In this document: in pieces, positions 57,638-64,000 of the stretch
How the letters are laid out: every line of letters begins with the position of its first letter
Numbering within the stretch: the stretch's first letter is position 1
Assembly: GCA_045587485.1 (NCBI GenBank)
Contig: JAZNCI010000080.1
Coordinates: 18,336 to 82,335 of the forward strand
Reading direction: 5' to 3'
Source of the DNA: Clostridia bacterium
GTDB taxonomy: Bacteria > Bacillota > Clostridia > Monoglobales > Monoglobaceae
Length of the DNA: 64,000 bases
The notes under the pieces: generated by a model
What the model saw: the letters and a program-made list of their open reading frames with translations, nothing else
The model's database searches: none
Told to the model about the DNA's origin: nothing
Translations under genes and position numbers: made by a program

Positions 57638-59017
57638 ATGATGCAATTTAGAAATGAATATGATTCAATTGGAATGAAAGAGGTACCGATTGATGCTTAT
57701 TACGGAGTACAATCACTGCGTGCAGCAGAAAATTTTAGAATTACAGGCACAAAGGTGCATCCAGAGATGATAAAAGCCATAGCTGAGATTAAAAAAGCAG
57801 CAGCGATTGCTAACGAAAAGGCAGGAGTTATAGAAAAAAAGATTGCAGATGCAATAACTAAAGCCTGTGAGGAAATACTTGAAGGAAAATTTGTCGAATA
57901 TTTTATTGTGGATTCAATACAGGGCGGTGCGGGAACATCTCTGAATATGAACGCAAACGAGGTTATTGCAAATCGTGCTATTGAAATTTTGGGCGGTAAT
58001 AAGGGTGACTATAAGATTGTTCATCCTAATGATCATGTAAACTGCGCTCAATCTACCAATGATGCATATCCTAGTGCAGGCAGAATTACAACTATAAGAC
58101 TTTTAAAGAAGGTTATTAAACAGCTTGACACACTTTATAATACATTTATGGAAAAAGCTGTCGATTACAGGGATGTTATTAAAATGGGACGCACTGAAAT
58201 GCAGGATGCGGTTCCGATTAGCTTTGGACAAGTTTTTCATGCATATGCATCTGCGATTAAGAGGGATAAGGAACGATTTGCACTTGCTTTAGGTGAAATG
58301 GCAAAGCTTAATATGGGTGGTACAGCGGTAGGTACAGGCATCAATGCTGATCAGAAGTATATAGAAACTATAGTGCCTATTCTGGCTGAAATTACAAACC
58401 TTCCTTTGGTCCAGGCAGATGACCTTGTCGATGCAACACAAAACCTTGATTCTTTTGTATATGTATCTGGTATTATCAAATCATGTGCGACCACACTTTC
58501 CAAGATTTCAAATGATTTAAGACTGATGTCTTCGGGACCACGAACGGGTTTTGCAGAAATTAATCTTACTCCTAAACAGAATGGCTCGTCTATTATGCCC
58601 GGCAAAATTAATCCGGTTATTCCTGAAGTTATGAATCAAATATGCTTTAATGTAATAGGAAATGATACCACTATTACGTATGCATCAGAAGCAGGGCAGC
58701 TGGAATTGAATGCGTTTGAACCAATTATCTTTCGATGCCTTTTTGAATCTCTTGATACATTGTGCAACGGTGTGGAGATTTTTGTTAAAGAGTGCGTAAG
58801 TGAACTGACAGTTAATCCCATACAGTGCAAGTCGAACCTTGACAGAAGTATAAGCATCATTACAGCGCTTTGTCCATATATTGGTTACACCAAAGCATCT
58901 TCTCTGGCTAAGCAAGCACTTAATAAAAACAAAAACATTCGTGATATAGTAATTGAAGAGAATATTATGACAGAGGAAGAAATAGACAAGCTGTTAGAAC
59001 CTGACAACATGATATAA
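57638..59017 (+). CDS. aspA: Aspartate ammonia-lyase
   Basis: Fumarate-lyase signature GSSIMPGKINPVIPE. The NPV-PE variant is typical of aspartases, not fumarases. Confidence 0.85.
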   Translation: MMQFRNEYDSIGMKEVPIDAYYGVQSLRAAENFRITGTKVHPEMIKAIAEIKKAAAIANEKAGVIEKKIADAITKACEEILEGKFVEYFIVDSIQGGAGTSLNMNANEVIANRAIEILGGNKGDYKIVHPNDHVNCAQSTNDAYPSAGRITTIRLLKKVIKQLDTLYNTFMEKAVDYRDVIKMGRTEMQDAVPISFGQVFHAYASAIKRDKERFALALGEMAKLNMGGTAVGTGINADQKYIETIVPILAEITNLPLVQADDLVDATQNLDSFVYVSGIIKSCATTLSKISNDLRLMSSGPRTGFAEINLTPKQNGSSIMPGKINPVIPEVMNQICFNVIGNDTTITYASEAGQLELNAFEPIIFRCLFESLDTLCNGVEIFVKECVSELTVNPIQCKSNLDRSISIITALCPYIGYTKASSLAKQALNKNKNIRDIVIEENIMTEEEIDKLLEPDNMI

Positions 59018-59167
59018 TATATAATTTTAAATAAGTGTTTGAAAATGATTTACATACCAAATGAATTGAAATAATTTCGCTTTGCACAAATGTGCAAAAT
59101 TCAGATAAAAAAATACAATAACCCTGCTTTCCAAAACAAAAAATCCTATCGTATGATAGGATTTTTT

Positions 59168-59259
59168 TGGAGGAGAGGATGGGATTCGAACCCACGGTGC
59201 GCTATAAACGCACACAGCATTTCCAATGCTGCGCCTTAAACCATCTCGACCACCTCTCC
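59168..59259 (-). tRNA. tRNA-Ser (anticodon GGA), class II
   Basis: The reverse strand reads GGAGAGG...CCTCTCC-T-CCA with anticodon loop TTGGAAA and a long variable arm. A terminator hairpin lies at ~59138-59167. Confidence 0.9.
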
Positions 59260-59367
59260 AAGACCATCATATTATACTACGATTTTCTGAAAAAATCAAT
59301 AGTTTGAATAAAATTTTTTCGGATATACTATACAGGATAATATATTTTGAAAAGAGGTTAAGGGATA

Positions 59368-59625
59368 ATGAAGCAAATTACTTATAAAATTAAAGATGAA
59401 GTAGGAATTCACGCAAGGCCGGCAGGGCTTTTGGTAAAAAAAGCGTCCGAGTTTTCATCTGAAATATTAATAGAAAAGGGAGATAAATCGGTTGATGCAA
59501 AAAAGATATTTGGTGTTATGTCCATAGGTGCCAAATGCGGAGATGAGATAAGACTAAATATAAATGGTGCCGACGAGGAGCAAGCAGCTCAGGAACTTTC
59601 AAGGTTTCTTGCGGAAAATTTATAG
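59368..59625 (+). CDS. ptsH: Phosphocarrier protein HPr
   Basis: 85 aa with GIHARPA (His15) and the SIGAKCGD region. Confidence 0.9.
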   Translation: MKQITYKIKDEVGIHARPAGLLVKKASEFSSEILIEKGDKSVDAKKIFGVMSIGAKCGDEIRLNINGADEEQAAQELSRFLAENL

Positions 59626-59636
59626 GGGTGGTTATG

Positions 59637-59673
59637 CGGATATGCTATTTGGGCATATCCGTTTTGTGTTTTT
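59637..59673 (+). terminator. ptsH terminator
   Basis: CGGATATGC...GCATATCCG stem followed by TTTTGTGTTTTT. Confidence 0.75.
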
Positions 59674-59760
59674 CAAACCAAAAGCTTCCTTATTTTATAT
59701 AATGCATCTTGGACTGAAAAAAATAATGTTAAAAAAATTAAGAAAAATTTAAAAAAGTAC

Positions 59761-60093
59761 TTGACTTTTATTGAAAAGTTATAGTATAATAGTTGAGCGT
59801 GACAAAGACATACGATGATTCCGGAGGTAGCAGACCTTGATTTATCAGGGTGCTGGAAATTTCGGAGGAGATTGTCCGGTTTTCAAAACAGGGCGGAAGG
59901 TCACACTTTCAATTGAATACAGCAAGATTTACGGGCTCAGTATGCTGGTGGGCTCGGATTGTGTTGTGTTTATGCCCCGAAACCGCATCTTTGTGAAAGC
60001 AAAAGTAAAGGTTCGGGTTTTATTATTTAGCTGTGCGAAACGCCCGGCACAGCGGAAGAAAATCAAAAGTAATTTTTGAAGGAGGGTACAACA
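59761..60093 (+). promoter_or_regulatory. S10-operon promoter and ~300-nt structured leader
   Basis: TTGACT (59761-59766), 18 nt, TATAAT (59785-59790). The leader is more GC-rich than other intergenic DNA here. It has hairpins at 59836-59853 and 60030-60053 and a terminator-like stem CCCCGAAACC/GGTTCGGG (59975-60017) followed by TTTTATTATTT. Confidence 0.55.
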
Positions 60094-60402
60094 ATGGCAG
60101 CTGAGAAGATCAGAATCAGACTTAAGGCTTATGACCACAATCTTATCGACCAGAGTGCTGAAAAGATTGTTGAAACAGCCAAGAGAACAGGAGCTAAGGT
60201 TTCAGGACCTATCCCGCTCCCCACAAAGAAGGAAGTCGTTACAATCCTCAGAGCGGTTCACAAGTATAAAGACAGTCGTGAGCAGTTCGAGCTGAGAACT
60301 CACAAGAGATTGATCGACGTTTTGGCACCCAACGCCAAGACAATTGACGCACTTAAGCACCTTGATTTGCCGGCAGGTGTAGACATCGAGCTCAAGATAT
60401 AG
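60094..60402 (+). CDS. rpsJ: 30S ribosomal protein S10
   Basis: [18 protein letters not shown] 60094 follows GAAGGAGGG. Confidence 0.95.
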   Translation: MAAEKIRIRLKAYDHNLIDQSAEKIVETAKRTGAKVSGPIPLPTKKEVVTILRAVHKYKDSREQFELRTHKRLIDVLAPNAKTIDALKHLDLPAGVDIELKI

Positions 60403-60511
60403 TTTTGGGTATTTTCGGTAAAAAATATGGTCATGTTGGCGGAATACGTCAACCAATAACCCGCATGTATGTTTGATTTCAAACCGATGCGTGTGAATAG
60501 GAGGAAAAATT

Positions 60512-61147
60512 ATGAAAAAAGCAATCTTAGGCAAAAAACTTGGTATGACACAGATTTTTGCAGAAGACGGTGCACTCATCCCTGTTACAGTAATTGAAGC
60601 AGGTCCCTGCAGTGTAGTTCAGAAGAAGACAGCTGAAGTTGACGGTTATGTTGCAGTTCAGGTTGGCTTCGAGGACAAGAGAGAAAAGTTAGTAAACAAG
60701 CCTATGAAGGGTCACTTTGCAAAAGCAGGTGTTGCTCCCAAGAGATATCTCAAAGAGCTTAAGCTTGACAATGCAGCTGAAATGAATGTTGGCGACGAAA
60801 TCAAGGTTGATATTTTTGAAGCAGGCGACATTCTTGATGTAACCGGCATCAGCAAAGGTCATGGATATGCAGGCACAATCAAGAGATGGGGAACTCACAG
60901 AGGTCCTATGACTCACGGTAGCCATTATCACAGAGGCCCTGGTTCATTGGGTGCTTGTTCTTCACCCTCGCGTGTGTTCAAGGGCAAAAAGCTCCCCGGA
61001 CATTATGGTGTAGACAAGGTTACAATCCAGAACCTCAGTCTTGTTAAGGTAGATACAGAACGCAACCTTCTTTTGGTTAAGGGATCAGTTCCCGGCCCCA
61101 AGGGTGGATTGTTGGTAGTTAAGAACGCAGTTAAGGCTAATGCCTAA
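60512..61147 (+). CDS. rplC: 50S ribosomal protein L3
   Basis: [13 protein letters not shown]-terminus. Confidence 0.95.
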   Translation: MKKAILGKKLGMTQIFAEDGALIPVTVIEAGPCSVVQKKTAEVDGYVAVQVGFEDKREKLVNKPMKGHFAKAGVAPKRYLKELKLDNAAEMNVGDEIKVDIFEAGDILDVTGISKGHGYAGTIKRWGTHRGPMTHGSHYHRGPGSLGACSSPSRVFKGKKLPGHYGVDKVTIQNLSLVKVDTERNLLLVKGSVPGPKGGLLVVKNAVKANA

Positions 61148-61172
61148 GCTGAGAGAGAGGAGGATATAAGAT

Positions 61173-61796
61173 ATGCCTACAGTAGCTTTATATAACACAA
61201 CCGGTGCTAAGGTTGGTGATATAGAATTAAATGATAGCGTGTTTGGCGTAGAGGTGAGAACCGACGTTATGCACGAAGTAGTAGTAAACTACTTAGCAAA
61301 TCAAAGACAGGGCACACAGAGCACAAAGACTCGTACAGAAGTCAGCGGCGGTGGCATTAAGCCCTGGAGACAGAAAGGCACAGGTCGTGCAAGACAGGGT
61401 AGTATCCGTGCTCCACAGTGGGTTGGTGGCGGTGTAGCGCTTGGTCCCAAGCCCAGAGATTACAGATACTCAGTAAACAAGAAGGTTAGAAGACTTGCTC
61501 TTAAGTCAGCTCTTTCTTCAAAGGTAATTGACGGCGACATCATCGTTCTTGAAGATCTTAAACTTGATGAAATCAAGACAAGCCGTATGGCTGAAATCCT
61601 TAAGAACCTTGGCGTTACTGAAAAAGCCCTCATTGTACTTCCTGAGAACGACAAGAACGTTGTTTTTTCAGCAAGAAACATTGAAGGTGTTGACACAACA
61701 TTTGTTGGAGCAATCAACACATACGAGGTGCTGAAGTCTACAAAGTGCATTATTGTTAAGGATGCAGTTGCAAAACTCGAGGAGGTGTACGCATAA
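61173..61796 (+). CDS. rplD: 50S ribosomal protein L4
   Basis: [15 protein letters not shown] motif. Confidence 0.95.
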   Translation: MPTVALYNTTGAKVGDIELNDSVFGVEVRTDVMHEVVVNYLANQRQGTQSTKTRTEVSGGGIKPWRQKGTGRARQGSIRAPQWVGGGVALGPKPRDYRYSVNKKVRRLALKSALSSKVIDGDIIVLEDLKLDEIKTSRMAEILKNLGVTEKALIVLPENDKNVVFSARNIEGVDTTFVGAINTYEVLKSTKCIIVKDAVAKLEEVYA

Positions 61797-62086
61797 TGAA
61801 AATGACATCTCATGATATTATAAAAAGACCTATCATTACAGAGCAGAGTATGGAAGGCGTTGCAGATAAGAAGTACACTTTCGAGGTTGCCTCAGCTGCT
61901 AACAAGATCCAGATTAAGAAGGCTGTTGAAGAAATCTTCAAAGTAAAAGTTCAGAAGGTAACAACAATCAACTATATGGGCAAAACCAAGAGAATGGGCG
62001 TTCATATAGGTAAGAGAGCTGACTGGAAAAAGGCAATCGTTAAGCTTACAGCAGACAGCAAGACAATCGAGTTGTTCGAGAACTAA
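61796..62086 (+). CDS. rplW: 50S ribosomal protein L23
   Basis: [11 protein letters not shown]-terminus, in the expected operon order. Confidence 0.93.
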   Translation: MKMTSHDIIKRPIITEQSMEGVADKKYTFEVASAANKIQIKKAVEEIFKVKVQKVTTINYMGKTKRMGVHIGKRADWKKAIVKLTADSKTIELFEN

Positions 62087-62123
62087 TAAGCCACGAAAAA
62101 TCGTAGATTAAGGAGATGTAAAA

Positions 62124-62957
62124 ATGGGAATTAGAAAATATAATCCTACAACACCTTCGCTGCGTCAGATGACTGTTTCTACATTCGAGGAAATCGACAA
62201 GAAGGAACCCGAAAGAGCGCTTCTTCGTCCCCTCAAGAGCAAAGCTGGTCGTAACTCATACGGCAGAATAACAGTTAGACACCGCGGCGGCGGTACAAAG
62301 AGAAAATACAGAGTAATCGATTTCAAGAGAAACAAAGACGGTATGCCCGCAACAGTTATCGCAATCGAGTACGATCCTAACCGCAGTGCAAACATTGCAC
62401 TTCTTCAGTACGAAGACGGAGTTAGGACATATATCATTGCTCCTGTTTCTTTGAAGAAGGGTGACATAGTTGTATCAGGCAAGGGCGCGGATATCAAGCC
62501 CGGTAACACACTTGAGATTGCTGATATCCCTGTTGGTACACTTGTTTACAACATTGAACTTTATCCCGGCAAGGGCGGACAGCTCGTTCGCAGCGCAGGC
62601 GTTTTTGCACAGCTGATGGCTAAGGAAAACGGCTATGCTCAGGTAAGACTTCCATCCGGTGAAGTTAGACTTGTTCGTCTTGACTGTCGTGCTAGCATAG
62701 GTCAGGTTGGCAACACAGATTATGAAAATATCAACCTTGGTAAAGCCGGCAGAAAGCGTCATATGGGCTTCAGACCCACAGTTCGTGGTGTTGTTATGAA
62801 CCCGAATGACCATCCTCACGGTGGTGGTGAAGGTAAGTCACCTATCGGTAGACCCTCACCTGTTACTCCCTGGGGTAAACCTGCTCTCGGTTACAAAACC
62901 AGAGACAAGAAGAATAAGACAGATAAGTTTATCGTTAAGCGTCGTAACGCGAAATAA
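62124..62957 (+). CDS. rplB: 50S ribosomal protein L2
   Basis: [16 protein letters not shown] and [13 protein letters not shown] motifs. Confidence 0.95.
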   Translation: MGIRKYNPTTPSLRQMTVSTFEEIDKKEPERALLRPLKSKAGRNSYGRITVRHRGGGTKRKYRVIDFKRNKDGMPATVIAIEYDPNRSANIALLQYEDGVRTYIIAPVSLKKGDIVVSGKGADIKPGNTLEIADIPVGTLVYNIELYPGKGGQLVRSAGVFAQLMAKENGYAQVRLPSGEVRLVRLDCRASIGQVGNTDYENINLGKAGRKRHMGFRPTVRGVVMNPNDHPHGGGEGKSPIGRPSPVTPWGKPALGYKTRDKKNKTDKFIVKRRNAK

Positions 62958-62975
62958 TTTTAAGGAGGTCACTTC

Positions 62976-63248
62976 ATGGGTCGTAGTATTAAAAAAGGAC
63001 CTTTCGTTGATGCGAAGTTGATTGCAAAGATTGAAGCAATGAACGAGAAGAACGAAAAAGTCGTTATTAAAACTTGGTCAAGAGCATCTACTATATTCCC
63101 TGAAATGGTTGGTCACACAATTGCAGTTTATGACGGAAGAAAGCATGTTCCCGTATATGTTACAGAGGATATGGTAGGTCATAAGCTCGGAGAATTTGCT
63201 CCAACCAGAACTTACAAAGGTCATGCAGGTGCTAAAACTTCTAAGTAA
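62976..63248 (+). CDS. rpsS: 30S ribosomal protein S19
   Basis: [12 protein letters not shown]-terminus. Confidence 0.95.
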   Translation: MGRSIKKGPFVDAKLIAKIEAMNEKNEKVVIKTWSRASTIFPEMVGHTIAVYDGRKHVPVYVTEDMVGHKLGEFAPTRTYKGHAGAKTSK

Positions 63249-63300
63249 TCGCAAGATTCTTAAGTTTTCTGTTAATTAATAGGAAAGGAGCTGCAGAGCA

Positions 63301-63636
63301 ATGGAAGCAGTAGCAAAGGTTACTCACGTACGCATCGCTCCAAGAAAGGTGCGTATAGTTATAGACTTAATAAGAAACAAGCCAGTTGGCGTTGCCCTTG
63401 GTATTCTTAGAAATACACCCAAGGCTGCAAGCCCGGTTGTTGAAAAGTTGTTGAGGTCTGCTATGGCAAATGCTGAAAACAACTGCAATATGAACGTTGA
63501 AAATCTTTATGTTTCAGAAGTATTCGCTGATCAGGGCCCCACACTCAAGAGAGTACAGGCCAGAGCACAGGGACGCGCCTTCAGAATCAACAAGAAGACA
63601 AGTCACATCACTTTGAAACTTAAAGAAATGGAATAA
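63301..63636 (+). CDS. rplV: 50S ribosomal protein L22
   Basis: The sequence [17 protein letters not shown] is present, in the expected operon order. Confidence 0.95.
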   Translation: MEAVAKVTHVRIAPRKVRIVIDLIRNKPVGVALGILRNTPKAASPVVEKLLRSAMANAENNCNMNVENLYVSEVFADQGPTLKRVQARAQGRAFRINKKTSHITLKLKEME

Positions 63637-63660
63637 TATTGAAAAAGGAGGTAATTTAGC

Positions 63661-64000
63661 ATGGGTCAGAAGGTTAATCCCCACGGTATCCGAGTTGGCG
63701 TTATCAAAGACTGGGATTCACGTTGGTACGCTGACAAGAAGAACTACGGCGATAATCTGGTAGAAGATTATAACCTCAGAGTTTTCCTTAAGAAAAAGCT
63801 CTATCTCGCCGGAGTTGATAAAATCGAAATTGAAAAATTTGCAAATAAGATTCGTCTTTCTATCCACGCTGCAAAGCCTGGTATTGTTATCGGTAAAGGC
63901 GGTAGCGAAATCGAAAAGCTTAAGAAGGACGTTGAGGCACTGACAGGTAAGTCTGTTATCCTTAATGTAATTGAGGTAAAGACTCCCGATCTGTGTGCTC
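63661..64000 (+). CDS. rpsC: 30S ribosomal protein S3, N-terminal part (runs off the window end)
   Basis: My reading from ATG 63661 is [24 protein letters not shown]. It is not in the track because the ORF is open-ended. Confidence 0.93.
   Translation, partial: MGQKVNPHGIRVGVIKDWDSRWYADKKNYGDNLVEDYNLRVFLKKKLYLAGVDKIEIEKFANKIRLSIHAAKPGIVIGKGGSEIEKLKKDVEALTGKSVILNVIEVKTPDLCA

Noticed and set aside
59837-60079. 80-aa ORF inside the S10 leader
   Set aside because: It has a TTG start, no RBS, and crosses the terminator-like hairpin. The region is better explained as structured leader RNA.

Overview
This is a 64-kb chromosomal segment from a low-GC, endospore-forming member of the Clostridia. The evidence is the sporulation genes (spoVG, gpr, spmA/spmB, ytvI, a SpoVID-like SPOCS-LysM gene), SLH-domain wall proteins together with a CsaB pyruvyl-transferase, and a type-A RNase P RNA. 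Most of the window is core housekeeping: partial rpoB, rsmA, murC, nrdDG, serAC, holA, PBP1A, prmC/rsmE, typA, murA, four tRNAs, and the start of the S10 ribosomal-protein operon. I see no CRISPR array, recognisable defence system or intact mobile element. Three things stand out. (1) Two paralogous units of about 155 nt (14686-14838 on +, 47924-47771 on -) each have a near-consensus promoter, a shared three-stem fold supported by compensatory base changes, and an intrinsic terminator, but no downstream gene in common. I read them as an unannotated structured sRNA family. (2) A complete T-box leader (30224-30500) controls a 760-aa fusion of an XRE HTH domain, a cupin domain and an AMP-forming acyl-CoA ligase, not a tRNA synthetase, amino-acid biosynthesis gene or transporter. 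(3) A decayed 5.2-kb islet sits at tRNA-Thr(CGU), bounded by 118-bp direct repeats. It contains three further copies of the tRNA 3' half, an AraC regulator, a 925-aa SLH multidomain protein, and IS3 and MATE gene fragments. All calls come from reading the sequence and translated ORFs by eye. No database or folding program was run.
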